Below are positions 1 through 9,962 of a stretch of DNA of 33,906 nt, one piece after another. Every line of letters begins with the position of its first letter. Within the stretch, counting starts at the first letter, position 1. Both the position numbers and the translations under genes were made by a program. The stretch is from contig DAOWII010000107.1 in NCBI GenBank assembly GCA_030640985.1, forward strand, positions 1 through 33,906, written 5' to 3'. The stretch is from Chromatiales bacterium. Its GTDB lineage: Bacteria > Pseudomonadota > Gammaproteobacteria > Thiohalomonadales > Thiohalomonadaceae. The notes beneath the pieces are model-generated. The model was not told the DNA's origin and did not search any database. It worked only from the letters and a program-made list of their open reading frames with translations.

Positions 1-1028
1 CCGGAATAGCGAATTCCACCGTCTGCAATTACCGGTACGTCGGCAGAGGCGGCAACGGCTGCGGCGTTCATGATTGCGGTAATCTGAGGCACGCCAACAC
101 CGCTTATAACACGGGTGGTACAAATAGCACCGGGGCCTATGCCGACCTTGACGCCATCGGCACCGGCCTTGACCAGGGCCTTGGCCGCTTCGGCGGTAGC
201 GATATTACCGCCAATGATCTGTACATCGGGGAAGTGGCGCTTGGTCCAGGCCACCCGATCCAGTACGCCCTGAGAGTGACCATGGGCGGTATCGACGATG
301 ATTACGTCTACTCCGGCGGTGACCAGCTTTTCGATGCGTTCATCGGTACCGGCACCGACACTGACAGCAGCGCCAACCCGTAGCTGGCCCTGCTCATCTT
401 TACAGGCATTGGGCTTGTCGCTGGCCTTCTGGATGTCTTTAACCGTGATCAGCCCGCGTAGCTGAAAGTTGTCATCGACCACCAATACCTTTTCGATGCG
501 GTGTTCGTGTAACAGGCTCTGCACCTCTTCCCGGCTGGCGCCCTCCTTGACGGTGACCAGACGCTCTTTGGGAGTCATGATGCTGGAAACCGGGTTATCA
601 AAATGGGTTTCAAAACGCATGTCGCGGTTGGTGACGATACCCACCAGCTGGTTGCCATCGACCACCGGCAGACCGGAGATATTCTGCGCCCGGGTCAACT
701 CCAGCACTTCCTGGATGCTCACGCTGGGGCTGACGGTAATGGGGTCTTTAATCACGCCACTCTCGAACTTCTTGACCATGCGCACCTGGGTGGCCTGTTC
801 CTCGTCGGTCATGTTCTTGTGGACGATACCGATGCCACCTTCCTGAGCCAGGGCAATGGCCAGGCGGGCTTCGGTGACGGTATCCATGGCCGCCGACAGC
901 AGTGGAATGCTCAACTGGATGTCCCGGGTTAGCTGGGTTTTAAGCTCAACGTCCTTGGGCAGCACGCTGGAGTGCGCGGGAATCAGTAAAACATCATCAA
1001 ATGTAAGGGCTTCCTGGGTGATGCGCAT
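1..1028 (-). CDS. guaB: IMP dehydrogenase (5' part; runs off the left edge)
   Basis: Hand translation of the minus strand from ATG at 1028: [73 protein letters not shown], later DTAHGHS and [13 protein letters not shown]. Not in the ORF track because it has no stop inside the window. Divergent from xseA as is typical. Confidence 0.98.
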   Translation of the reverse strand, partial: MRITQEALTFDDVLLIPAHSSVLPKDVELKTQLTRDIQLSIPLLSAAMDTVTEARLAIALAQEGGIGIVHKNMTDEEQATQVRMVKKFESGVIKDPITVSPSVSIQEVLELTRAQNISGLPVVDGNQLVGIVTNRDMRFETHFDNPVSSIMTPKERLVTVKEGASREEVQSLLHEHRIEKVLVVDDNFQLRGLITVKDIQKASDKPNACKDEQGQLRVGAAVSVGAGTDERIEKLVTAGVDVIIVDTAHGHSQGVLDRVAWTKRHFPDVQIIGGNIATAEAAKALVKAGADGVKVGIGPGAICTTRVISGVGVPQITAIMNAAAVAASADVPVIADGGIRYS

Positions 1029-1068
1029 AAATGGATATCCGTCTTGTTGTTTTAATAATTAACCGAGC

Positions 1069-1097
1069 ATTATAGGCTTTGGCGCCACTTTGGTAAA
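1069..1097 (-). promoter_or_regulatory. Putative sigma70 promoter of guaB
   Basis: Minus strand TTTACC-17 nt-TATAAT about 40 nt upstream of the guaB ATG. Confidence 0.55.
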
Positions 1098-1167
1098 CCT
1101 GCCGAGGTGCGAACTGGCTCTAATAAGGGAGCAAATAAGGACGGTAAAAGTCATTTATCCACCAAGC

Positions 1168-1176
1168 TGCTAGAAT
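1168..1176 (+). promoter_or_regulatory. Extended -10 (TGcTAGAAT) of xseA, probably leaderless transcript
   Basis: TG-n-TAGAAT ends 6 nt before the ATG at 1183; no Shine-Dalgarno in between. Confidence 0.5.
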
Positions 1177-1182
1177 GCGCCC

Positions 1183-2544
1183 ATGAAATCACTGCCTTCA
1201 GACCCCAACACACCCCGGCGTGAGGTACTCAGTATCTCGGCGCTCAATGAGAGTGCCCGCGCCCTGCTGGAAGGGAATTTCCCCCTGGTATGGGTGGAAG
1301 GTGAGATTTCCAATCTGGCACGACCCGCCTCTGGCCACCTCTACCTGAGCCTGAAAGATAGCTCGGCCCAGGTGCGCTGTGCCATGTTTCGTATGCGCAG
1401 TATGCATCTGGGTTTTAAACCGGAAAATGGCATGCAGGTGCAGGTTCGGGCCAAACTGAGTCTTTATGTGCCCCGCGGTGACTACCAACTGGTTATCGAG
1501 CACATGGAAGAGGCCGGTGATGGTGCCCTGCGCCGCGCCTATGAGCAGCTCAAGCAGCGCCTGCACCAGGAAGGCCTGTTTGCAGAAGAAGACAAACAGC
1601 CCCTGCCAACCATGCCACGGGCCATCGGCGTGGTCACCTCCCCCAGCGGCGCGGCCATTCACGATATTATCTCCACCCTCAGACGGCGCTTTCCGTCCCT
1701 GCCGGTGATTCTCTACCCGGTGGCAGTACAGGGGGAAGGTGCGGCCAAAGAAATTGCCCGCGCCATTGCCCTGGCCGGAGAACGGGACGAGTGCGATGTG
1801 CTCATTATCGGCCGTGGAGGCGGCTCACTGGAAGACCTCTGGGCCTTTAATGAAGAGTCCGTGGCCCGGGCAATTTATGACAGTGAGATCCCGGTGATCA
1901 GTGCCGTGGGCCATGAGGTGGATTTCACCATTGCCGACTTTGTCGCCGATGTACGTGCCCCGACCCCCACAGCGGCCGCCGAGCTGGTGAGCCCCAGTCG
2001 AGACGAGCTGCTGGCTCAACTGGAGGGGATGAGTCGGCGGCTATTAAGCGGAGTAACCACTTACACAGAGTATTACCGTCAGACCCTCACCGGCCTGAGC
2101 AAACGACTGAAACATCCCGGTCGCCGCCTGCAAGACATCAGCCAGCGGCTGGACGAACTGGACTCGCGGCTGGCCAATGCCCGCCGGGTCGAGTTTCGCC
2201 ACATAGGCACTCGACTGGCCGGATTGTATGCCCGGCTACTGCGGCATACGCCGCAGCATCGGCTGCAAAGCCTGCAAACCAAACAGGGAAACCTGCACCA
2301 GCGACTCAACCAAGCCATGCAGCATCAATTGGCAGGCCAAAAACAACAACTGGCGAGCACAGCACGCGCCCTGGATACCATCAGCCCCCTGGCCACACTA
2401 GGCCGTGGTTATGCTATTGTCCGCCACTATGAAAAAGACGACATTATTCATAGTAGCCAGGAAGTCGCTCCCGGTGATCGGATCAAGGCACGGCTTGGAA
2501 AAGGTGAACTCATTTGCCAGGTGGAAGAGCTCCATGACAACTGA
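1183..2544 (+). CDS. xseA: Exodeoxyribonuclease VII large subunit
   Basis: WVEGEISN..SGHLYLSLKD OB-fold, GVVTSPSGAA, GRGGGSLEDLWAFNEE, SAVGHEVD, RAPTPTAAAE, SPLATLGRGY. Confidence 0.98.
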   Translation: MKSLPSDPNTPRREVLSISALNESARALLEGNFPLVWVEGEISNLARPASGHLYLSLKDSSAQVRCAMFRMRSMHLGFKPENGMQVQVRAKLSLYVPRGDYQLVIEHMEEAGDGALRRAYEQLKQRLHQEGLFAEEDKQPLPTMPRAIGVVTSPSGAAIHDIISTLRRRFPSLPVILYPVAVQGEGAAKEIARAIALAGERDECDVLIIGRGGGSLEDLWAFNEESVARAIYDSEIPVISAVGHEVDFTIADFVADVRAPTPTAAAELVSPSRDELLAQLEGMSRRLLSGVTTYTEYYRQTLTGLSKRLKHPGRRLQDISQRLDELDSRLANARRVEFRHIGTRLAGLYARLLRHTPQHRLQSLQTKQGNLHQRLNQAMQHQLAGQKQQLASTARALDTISPLATLGRGYAIVRHYEKDDIIHSSQEVAPGDRIKARLGKGELICQVEELHDN

Positions 2545-3445
2545 TATGACGCACACCATAAAGAAGGGGCCTCGCTACCTTCTATCAGTAGCATTGCTAT
2601 TGTGGCTACCTGCCGTATGTGCGGATAGTCTGCCAAAGGCCAACTCCGTCCCGGGAGGCATCGCCATTGTCAGCCTGGGGGAGAATACTCAGCCAGGTAA
2701 AAACCAAAAGGCCCGACCAGAAGCCTATTACCAGGATCGTCGTGTGATGATACTCAGCACCGAGGGGCAATGGCAGGCTGTGGTGGGCATTCCACTAGGA
2801 GCCAAACCAGGCACACACACACTAAAAGTGACTGAGGCTACAACAAACAGACAACTCAGCTTCGAGATTAATGCCAAAGAGTATGAAAGCCAGTATCTCA
2901 CTATCAAGAATAAGCGCATGGTGAACCCCTACGCGAAAGATCTGGAGCGTATCCAGACAGAGAAAAAACGTATTACACGTGCCTTTAAGGCCTGGAATGA
3001 TAGGCCAGAGGTGGAAACCCGCTTTAGTATCCCCGTGACTGGCAGACTCAGCAGCCCCTTTGGCCTGCGTCGTTACTTCAACGAACAGCCACGCAAGCCT
3101 CACAGTGGCCTGGATCTCGCGGCGCCTACCGGTACCCCGATACTAGCCCCGGCTAGCGGTACAATTATCGAGATGGGAGAGTTCTTTTTTAACGGCAATA
3201 GTGTGTTTATCGACCATGGTCAGGGGCTGATTAGCATGTATTGCCATCTGGATAGCATTGGCGTTACCAAGGGACAAACCGTCCGCCAGGGTGAAGAAAT
3301 CGCCACCGTTGGTATGACAGGTCGGGTAACGGGCCCCCATCTACACTGGAGTGTCAGTCTGAATAATAGCCGTATCGATCCTGCGCTGTTTTTATCCAAT
3401 AAAACCCTGGCCACCCTGATGGCTCCGGCAACCGAGCTTGAATAA
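2534..3445 (+). CDS. M23-family peptidoglycan DD-metalloendopeptidase with signal peptide (start 2534 or 2546)
   Basis: HSGLD (HxxxD) and GPHLHW (HxH) zinc motifs, IDHGQGLISMYCHL, N-terminal hydrophobic segment. The ORF-track start at 2405 overlaps xseA by ~140 nt and is unlikely. Confidence 0.93.
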   Translation: MTTDMTHTIKKGPRYLLSVALLLWLPAVCADSLPKANSVPGGIAIVSLGENTQPGKNQKARPEAYYQDRRVMILSTEGQWQAVVGIPLGAKPGTHTLKVTEATTNRQLSFEINAKEYESQYLTIKNKRMVNPYAKDLERIQTEKKRITRAFKAWNDRPEVETRFSIPVTGRLSSPFGLRRYFNEQPRKPHSGLDLAAPTGTPILAPASGTIIEMGEFFFNGNSVFIDHGQGLISMYCHLDSIGVTKGQTVRQGEEIATVGMTGRVTGPHLHWSVSLNNSRIDPALFLSNKTLATLMAPATELE

Positions 3446-3594
3446 CTGAGAATTGCCCCCAATACTAGTTTATCAGCGGTAAAGAACTACACTGACTGAA
3501 GTGTTACCATGGCGTCATAGATGTGTTTTGCGCTGAAACAATTTTAATAAATACTAGACTAGCAACGACTATTTAGTCCAAAGGAGAAGACATC

Positions 3595-4287
3595 GTGCTA
3601 ATTGCGCTCTTAGAAGATGCCCCGGATCAAGCAGAGCTGATGCAGCTTTGGCTGGAATCTGCCGGACACACGGTTCATCACTTCCCCACAGGCGCCGCCT
3701 TTATGGAAGGAATGAAAAAAGAAAAATTCGACCTGGTTGTCCTGGACTGGCTACTGCCCGATACCAATGGTATAGAAATGCTGGAATGGACTCGTGATTA
3801 CATCGACTGGCCTATCCCCGTCCTGTTTGTCACCCAGCAAGACAGTGATGAAGATATTGTCTACGCCCTGGAGAAAGGGGCCGATGATTACATGGCCAAG
3901 CCGGTTAAGGGTCGTGAGATGCTGGCGAGGATCAAGTCACTGGGCCGCCGCGGTCAGCGACAGGAGTCGATGAAACGCAGCAATACCTACGGGGAATACA
4001 CCATTGATACAGCCGCACGGATGATTACCCGCAGTGGTGAACGTATTGAGCTGACCCAGAAAGAGTTTGACCTGGCCTTCTATCTGTTCAAACACCTGGG
4101 AGAGATTCTGCCTCGGGAAGATATCCTGGAAAAAATCTGGGGACGCAGTTCCGATATCAGTACCCGCACCATTGATACCCACGTCAGCCGCTTGCGTAAA
4201 AAGATGTCACTGACCCCGGCCCATGGCTGGCGCCTCAGTGCTATTTATCAGTTTGGGTATCGCCTGGAAGAACTCAACCAGGAATAA
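3595..4287 (+). CDS. OmpR/PhoB-family response regulator (no adjacent kinase)
   Basis: Receiver motifs LED, VLDWLLP, GADDYMAKP; winged helix LTQKEFDL..TRTIDTHVSRLRKK..GYRL; RBS AAGGAG before GTG start. Confidence 0.95.
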   Translation: MLIALLEDAPDQAELMQLWLESAGHTVHHFPTGAAFMEGMKKEKFDLVVLDWLLPDTNGIEMLEWTRDYIDWPIPVLFVTQQDSDEDIVYALEKGADDYMAKPVKGREMLARIKSLGRRGQRQESMKRSNTYGEYTIDTAARMITRSGERIELTQKEFDLAFYLFKHLGEILPREDILEKIWGRSSDISTRTIDTHVSRLRKKMSLTPAHGWRLSAIYQFGYRLEELNQE

Positions 4288-4305
4288 GAAACAATCCGTT
4301 GATTT

Positions 4306-4340
4306 GGGAGCCTCTGGATAAGTCATGTTCAGAGGTTCCC
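4306..4340. repeat. Short inverted repeat between convergent genes, resembling a minimal MITE (two joined ends)
   Basis: GGGAGCCTCTGGA...TTCAGAGGTTCCC forms a 13 bp stem with G-U pairs, followed by TTA; resembles the ends of the 14891-15067 element. Confidence 0.55.
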
Positions 4341-4373
4341 TTAGTCTGGTTCCGTATCTTTTACAGAATGGGA

Positions 4374-4682
4374 TCAGGCCTTTGAAGTAATATCCAGTTC
4401 TTCGCCTTCCATATCCACAATCTCGTGGATACGTAATTCATTAATCCGGGCAAATGACATGATCTGCTCCCAGACCCCGGGGGCATTTGTCTCCAGGCTG
4501 CGCGCAACCAGCAGGGCCTTGCCGCCATCATAAATGACGGGGCGCAATTCAGCGGAGAAACTCAAGCGACGGCTCTGTCCAAAACGGGCGTGCATGGATG
4601 CAAACCGCTCGACCCAGTCGCTCGGTCTAAACCTTCTGCCACCCTCTGTTACCCCTTCAATGAGGCTGTACCCGTCCATCAT
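4374..4682 (-). CDS. DUF3579-like small conserved protein
   Basis: IEGVTEGGRRFRPSDWVERF signature and C-terminal IMSFARINEL. Confidence 0.8.
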   Translation of the reverse strand: MMDGYSLIEGVTEGGRRFRPSDWVERFASMHARFGQSRRLSFSAELRPVIYDGGKALLVARSLETNAPGVWEQIMSFARINELRIHEIVDMEGEELDITSKA

Positions 4683-4902
4683 TATAAAAGGGCCCCTACT
4701 TACCCTGTGGAAAATAAATCGCTGAATAATTCGGTCTGTAACTGCTCCAATCTATACCTGTCTATTGTAGCAGTTCTTTGACACAGAATTGCAGGCCTAT
4801 AAATAATATTTTGAGTATCCCGGCACATAAAATACAATTTTTTACTCTCTGGCACTGCTAATACTACTGTCACTGCTGATGCGGCGACCACTCATGCCGA
4901 CT

Positions 4903-7494
4903 TCACGCAGCCGAAGCATCGCCTTTGCTGAAAACTATTTCTCCAGCCCCCACATCAATATGGACAACATCACCGGGCAAAAATTCTGCTGACAAAATTT
5001 TCTGTGCCAATGGGTTTTCCAGCGCCTGTTGAATGGCTCGTTTCAATGGCCGAGCACCATACACGGGATCAAAACCTGCCTCACCCAGTTTATCCAGAGC
5101 GGCCTGGGTTAATACCAAACCCATATCGCGTTCGTCCAGACGTTGCCTCAGATAATCGATCTGGATGTCTGCAATGGCACGAATCTGTTCACGTCCCAGA
5201 GGATGGAATACCACAACCTCATCCACCCGGTTGATAAACTCGGGACGGAAATGCTGCCCAACCACTTCCATCACCGATGACTTCATCGCACCGTAATTTT
5301 CTTCACCACTCAATGTCTGAATGATGTCACTACCTAGATTGGAGGTCATCACCACCACGGTATTTCGAAAATCCACAGTGCGGCCCTGACCATCGGTGAG
5401 GCGTCCGTCATCCAGCACCTGTAGCAGTACGTTAAACACATCGGGATGAGCCTTCTCCACTTCATCAAGCAGGATCACGGAATAAGGTTTACGGCGCACT
5501 GCCTCGGTTAGATAACCACCCTCTTCATATCCTACGTAGCCCGGAGGTGCGCCAATGAGCCGAGCCACGGAATGTTTCTCCATGAACTCTGACATGTCGA
5601 TGCGCACGATGGCCTCTTCCGTATCAAACAGGAACTCCGCCAGGGCTTTACATAACTCGGTTTTACCTACGCCAGTAGGCCCGAGGAACAGGAACGAACC
5701 GTTGGGACGATTAGGATCAGACAAACCGGCACGGGAGCGGCGAATAGCATCCGCCACCGCTTTGACCGACTCTTGCTGGCCGATGACCCGCTTATGCAGA
5801 CCCTCTTCCATGTGCAACAATTTATCACGCTCCCCTTCCAGCATTTTAGTAACCGGGATACCGGTCCACTTGGAAACCACTTCGGCGATTTCTTCATCGG
5901 TAACCTTGTTACGCAGCAATGTCATCACCTGCATCTCGGCTTGATCGGCCATTTGCAGTGATTTTTCCAGGTCCGGGATGCGTCCGTACTGCAGCTCAGA
6001 CATCCGTGCAAGATCACTGGCACGGTGAGCCGTCTCCAACTCCATACGTGCGCGCTCCAGCTCTTCCTTGATTTGCTGCGTACCTTGTAAAGCCGATTTC
6101 TCTGCCTTCCAGACCTCATCCAGATCCGCATATTCCAGGCCCAGTCGCTCGATCTCTGATTCAAGATCTGACAGACGTTTTTTGGAAGCTTCGTCCTTCT
6201 CTTTTTTCAATGCCTCACGTTCAATTTTGAGCTGAATCAGACGACGATCCAGACGATCCATTTGTTCCGGCTTGGAATCAATTTCCATGCGAATGCGCGA
6301 GGCCGCCTCATCAACCAGGTCGATGGCCTTATCGGGCAATTGTCGATCACTGATATAGCGGTGAGACAGATTGGCGGCAGCGACAATGGCCGGATCAGTG
6401 ATGTCCACGCCATGATGCACTTCATATTTTTCCTTCAGTCCACGCAAGATGGCAATGGTGTCCTCAACAGAAGGTTCATCCACTTGCACCTTCTGGAAGC
6501 GGCGCTCCAGAGCGGCATCTTTTTCAATGTACTGACGATACTCATCCAGGGTGGTAGCACCCACGCAATGTAGCTCGCCCCTGGCCAGTGCAGGCTTGAG
6601 CATATTACCCGCATCCATGGCCCCCTCTGCCTTACCAGCACCAACCATGGTATGCAGTTCATCAATGAACAGGATGACCTGTCCTTCCTGTTTGGATAGA
6701 TCATTAAGCACGGCCTTAAGCCGTTCTTCAAACTCTCCACGGAATTTGGCACCGGCGATCAAACTACCCATATCCAGTGACAGCAAGCGTTTGTTTTTAA
6801 GCCCCTCTGGCACCTCGCCATTGATAATGCGCTGAGCCAGACCTTCGACAATGGCGGTTTTACCCACACCGGGCTCACCGATCAATACCGGGTTATTTTT
6901 GGTGCGGCGTTGTAATACCTGGATGGTGCGACGGATCTCATCATCACGACCAATCACCGGATCAAGTTTTCCCTGTTCGGCCCGCTCGGTCAGATCAACG
7001 GTGTATTTTTCCAATGCCTGGCGTTGTTCTTCAGCATTGGGGTCTTCAACTTTCTGTCCCCCGCGCATCTCATCAATGGCCTGGGCAATGGTCTTTTTAT
7101 CTGCATTCACCTTGCGCAGTAGTTCTCCCAGCGGGCCTTTATCTTCAGCGGCCGCCAGCACAAACAGTTCACTGGAAATGTATTGGTCTTTACGTTCCTG
7201 GGCCAGCTTGTCGGTTACATTCAATAAACGCGACAATTCATTGGAAACATGCACATCACCGGCCGCACCTTCAACGGAGGAGAGTCCCTCAAGTTTTTCA
7301 CTTAGTTGGGAGCGCAGGCTATTTATATTGACGCTGGCCTGGGACAAAAGGTGACGTACCGTACCCCCCTCTTGATCCAGCAGCGCCGTCATTAGGTGCA
7401 TGGGGTCGATAAACTGGTGATCACGACCCACCGCCAGGCTCTGGGCATCGGCCAGTGCTGTCTGAAACCGGGTTGTCAGTTTGTCCATTCGCAT
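4903..7494 (-). CDS. clpB: ATP-dependent chaperone ClpB
   Basis: MRMDKLT start, Walker A motifs GEPGVGKT and GPTGVGKT, coiled-coil middle domain, GARPLKR; 863 aa. Confidence 0.99.
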   Translation of the reverse strand: MRMDKLTTRFQTALADAQSLAVGRDHQFIDPMHLMTALLDQEGGTVRHLLSQASVNINSLRSQLSEKLEGLSSVEGAAGDVHVSNELSRLLNVTDKLAQERKDQYISSELFVLAAAEDKGPLGELLRKVNADKKTIAQAIDEMRGGQKVEDPNAEEQRQALEKYTVDLTERAEQGKLDPVIGRDDEIRRTIQVLQRRTKNNPVLIGEPGVGKTAIVEGLAQRIINGEVPEGLKNKRLLSLDMGSLIAGAKFRGEFEERLKAVLNDLSKQEGQVILFIDELHTMVGAGKAEGAMDAGNMLKPALARGELHCVGATTLDEYRQYIEKDAALERRFQKVQVDEPSVEDTIAILRGLKEKYEVHHGVDITDPAIVAAANLSHRYISDRQLPDKAIDLVDEAASRIRMEIDSKPEQMDRLDRRLIQLKIEREALKKEKDEASKKRLSDLESEIERLGLEYADLDEVWKAEKSALQGTQQIKEELERARMELETAHRASDLARMSELQYGRIPDLEKSLQMADQAEMQVMTLLRNKVTDEEIAEVVSKWTGIPVTKMLEGERDKLLHMEEGLHKRVIGQQESVKAVADAIRRSRAGLSDPNRPNGSFLFLGPTGVGKTELCKALAEFLFDTEEAIVRIDMSEFMEKHSVARLIGAPPGYVGYEEGGYLTEAVRRKPYSVILLDEVEKAHPDVFNVLLQVLDDGRLTDGQGRTVDFRNTVVVMTSNLGSDIIQTLSGEENYGAMKSSVMEVVGQHFRPEFINRVDEVVVFHPLGREQIRAIADIQIDYLRQRLDERDMGLVLTQAALDKLGEAGFDPVYGARPLKRAIQQALENPLAQKILSAEFLPGDVVHIDVGAGEIVFSKGDASAA

Positions 7495-7539
7495 AGGGAG
7501 CTCGCCTCTTTTATATCAACCTGCCGCTATATTACATAG

Positions 7540-7564
7540 ATGGGGACATTCCAACACGATTCAA
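7540..7564 (-). promoter_or_regulatory. Sigma32 (RpoH) heat-shock promoter of clpB
   Basis: Minus strand TTGAA-14 nt-CCCCAT about 45 nt upstream of the clpB ATG, matching the RpoH consensus. Confidence 0.85.
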
Positions 7565-7568
7565 TTGC

Positions 7569-7585
7569 CTTAATCATTTCATAAT
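7569..7585 (+). promoter_or_regulatory. Possible QseB/PmrA-type direct-repeat box upstream of the regulator gene
   Basis: CTTAAT-CATTT-CATAAT resembles YTTAAK-N5-YTTAAK; the region is AT-rich, so it could be chance. Confidence 0.35.
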
Positions 7586-7654
7586 ATTGGCAAAGTACAC
7601 TAGGTATATGTCGTACACTTACATATTGTTCACAAAAAGATGATGAGGCCCGTT

Positions 7655-8308
7655 ATGCGCCTGTTATTGGCTGAAGATGATACTCTGCTTGGGGATGGTA
7701 TTCGTACCGGCCTGAGCCAGGAGGGATATACTGTCGACTGGGTGCAGGATGGCCTGGCGGCGGATATCGCCCTTAAAACCGAAACCTATGAGCTCATGGT
7801 ACTCGATCTGGGCTTACCCAAAATGACTGGCATTGATGTATTAAAAAAGTTGCGCGTACGCAAGGATGACCTACCTGTACTGATTCTGACCGCCCGTGAT
7901 ACGGTTGATGACAGGGTCGAAGGACTGGATGCTGGCGCCGACGATTACCTGATTAAACCCTTTGATTTGGACGAGCTGACAGCACGGCTGCGCGCCCTGA
8001 TCAGACGCCACGGGGGTCGCGCATCCAGTGAAATCATCCACCAGAATATTGTACTGGATCCGGCCTCCCATGCAGTGAGCCTGGACGGTCAGCCGGTAGA
8101 GCTTTCTCCACGTGAATTTGCCCTGCTCCACATGCTACTGGAAAAAAAAGGCAAAGTGCTTTCTCGTGCACGCCTGGAAGAGAGTATGTACTCGTGGGAA
8201 AATGATATCGGTAGTAACGCCATTGAAGTCCATATCCACCACCTACGTAAAAAGCTGGGACAAAAGCTGATACGCACCATTCGTGGTGTGGGCTATATTA
8301 TTGACTAA
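7655..8308 (+). CDS. qseB: QseB/PmrA-type response regulator
   Basis: MRLLLAEDD..LGDGI..GL..EGYTVDWV.DG, LDLGLP, LILTARD, SNAIEVHIHHLRKKLG..IRTIRGVGY; GAGG RBS supports the ATG at 7655. Confidence 0.9.
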   Translation: MRLLLAEDDTLLGDGIRTGLSQEGYTVDWVQDGLAADIALKTETYELMVLDLGLPKMTGIDVLKKLRVRKDDLPVLILTARDTVDDRVEGLDAGADDYLIKPFDLDELTARLRALIRRHGGRASSEIIHQNIVLDPASHAVSLDGQPVELSPREFALLHMLLEKKGKVLSRARLEESMYSWENDIGSNAIEVHIHHLRKKLGQKLIRTIRGVGYIID

Positions 8309-8311
8309 GCC

Positions 8312-9718
8312 ATGCAGCACTCCATACGCCGCCGCCTGCTGATTATTCTGCTGTCGACAATGGCTCTGGTCTGGCTGGTAACCGCCACCACCAGTTTCAT
8401 TGAGACCCGACATGAGATCAGTGAGCTGTTTGATGCCCAGCTGGCCCAATCTGCACACACCCTACGCGCCCTTGCCGCGCATGAAATTGAAGAGCTGGGT
8501 CAAATGGATGAGGGACTCAAGTTTCATCTGCAGGAAATCGTCGATGACTTGAATCACCAGGAAGGACACAAGTACGAACGATTGATCGCCCTGCAGATTT
8601 GGGCCCCCAAATCACAGGAGCTGTTACTACGCTCCCTGAGCGCACCCCCAACCCTGTTAAGTAATGAGCGTGGCTACACCGACAGGGTCATCAATAATAA
8701 GTCATGGCGAATTTTTTCCCTGGAGGATCCTGAAACCAAATTTATGATCCTGGTAGGACAGAGCTACGCCATTCGAAATGAACTGATCAATGCAGTCGCC
8801 CAGCAACACATCGTGCCCATGCTGCTGGCATTTCCCCTGATGGCCTTCTTTATCTGGGCCGGTATTAGCCGGGCACTCAAGCCCCTGATACGCCTGACTT
8901 CAGAAGTGGGCAACCGGGCACCCACCAATCTGACGCCGATCAGGCTGACAGGGGTTCCGGAAGAAACTCGCTCGCTTGTCAGGGCGATCAACAAGCTGTT
9001 TGAACGCCTGCAAAATGCCTTTGCCAACGAGCGTCGCTTTACCGCCGATGCCGCCCATGAATTACGTACGCCACTGGCCGCCCTCAAAACCCAGGCCCAG
9101 GTGGCGCAAAGAGCCACCGACAAAGAACAACGAATAAAAAGTCTGGATCAAATGCTCGTTGGTGTTGACCGTACCTCGCGTTTATTGGAGCAGTTATTAA
9201 CCCTGGCCCGAGTCGATCCGGAAACTGATTTACGTCAGGAGGAGCAGGTTGATCTCTGCTTGTTGGCAGCAGAAGTTATGGCCGAGCTCGCCCCTTCAGC
9301 GATTGAGAAAAATATTGAGTTAACACTGGAAGAGAATTTCAAAAGCATGGTGAATGGTCATGGTGACAGCCTGCATATTCTGTTACGCAACCTCATCGAC
9401 AATGCCATTCGTTATACACCCGAAGGTGGCTCAGTGGAAGTTACGATAAATACGCATAATAATTCCGTACAACTGATGGTCGCGGATAGTGGCACGGGTA
9501 TCCCTGAAGAAGAACGCGAGCGAATTTTCGAACGCTTCTATCGCCGAACGGGCACCAAGGCAACAGGCAGCGGTTTGGGGCTCTCTATCGTAAAACGTAT
9601 TGCTGATTTACACCGGGCAGAGATCCAGCTAGCGGATTCCCCACTGGGTGGGCTCTGCTTCATTCTGCAATTCCCTGCAGTTTATCCCCCAAACCACTCA
9701 TCCAATCATGGAAACTAA
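8312..9718 (+). CDS. qseC: QseC/PmrB-type sensor histidine kinase
   Basis: SIRRRLL plus TM1, ELFDAQL motif, TM2 and HAMP, H-box ERRFTADAAHELRTPL, N-box NLIDNAIRY, G boxes DSGTG and GSGLGLSIV. Confidence 0.9.
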   Translation: MQHSIRRRLLIILLSTMALVWLVTATTSFIETRHEISELFDAQLAQSAHTLRALAAHEIEELGQMDEGLKFHLQEIVDDLNHQEGHKYERLIALQIWAPKSQELLLRSLSAPPTLLSNERGYTDRVINNKSWRIFSLEDPETKFMILVGQSYAIRNELINAVAQQHIVPMLLAFPLMAFFIWAGISRALKPLIRLTSEVGNRAPTNLTPIRLTGVPEETRSLVRAINKLFERLQNAFANERRFTADAAHELRTPLAALKTQAQVAQRATDKEQRIKSLDQMLVGVDRTSRLLEQLLTLARVDPETDLRQEEQVDLCLLAAEVMAELAPSAIEKNIELTLEENFKSMVNGHGDSLHILLRNLIDNAIRYTPEGGSVEVTINTHNNSVQLMVADSGTGIPEEERERIFERFYRRTGTKATGSGLGLSIVKRIADLHRAEIQLADSPLGGLCFILQFPAVYPPNHSSNHGN

Positions 9719-9812
9719 TTATATTCTCCCATACTATCAACAAATATTAATAACCTGCAAAAACCCCTTCAAAAACAATATGTTGATTACAAAATGGCTT
9801 GCTGACTATAAA

Positions 9813-9850
9813 TTTAAGCGTACGCTAAGTTTCATGGCTTAACCTATAGT
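9813..9850 (+). promoter_or_regulatory. QseB/PmrA-like box plus -10 element
   Basis: TTTAAG-CGTAC-GCTAAG (9813-9829) in the -35 position, then TATAGT (9845-9850). Confidence 0.55.
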
Positions 9851-9856
9851 TAAAGG

Positions 9857-9939
9857 TACAGACATTATGTCCAAACAGACAATAGAACACCCCCTTGGGA
9901 GAACTTCTCCGACAGGGCCCTGGAAGGGTCCTTTTTTTT
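9857..9939 (+). ncRNA. Candidate small RNA downstream of qseC
   Basis: Own promoter, C-rich ACACCCCCTT stretch, hairpin GGAGA-ACT-TCTCC and an intrinsic terminator; no convincing CDS. Confidence 0.4.
9914..9939 (+). terminator. Rho-independent terminator
   Basis: AGGGCCCT-GGA-AGGGTCCT stem followed by a T run. Confidence 0.85.
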
Positions 9940-9962
9940 GCCCGGAATTCCACTTGGGTAAG

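Noticed and set aside
469..1062. Plus-strand ORFs 469-846, 603-932 and 856-1062
   Set aside because: Antisense shadows of guaB, which is clearly encoded on the minus strand.
2405..2533. Long N-terminal extension of the M23 peptidase
   Set aside because: Overlaps xseA in another frame and would bury the signal peptide; start at 2534 or 2546 preferred.
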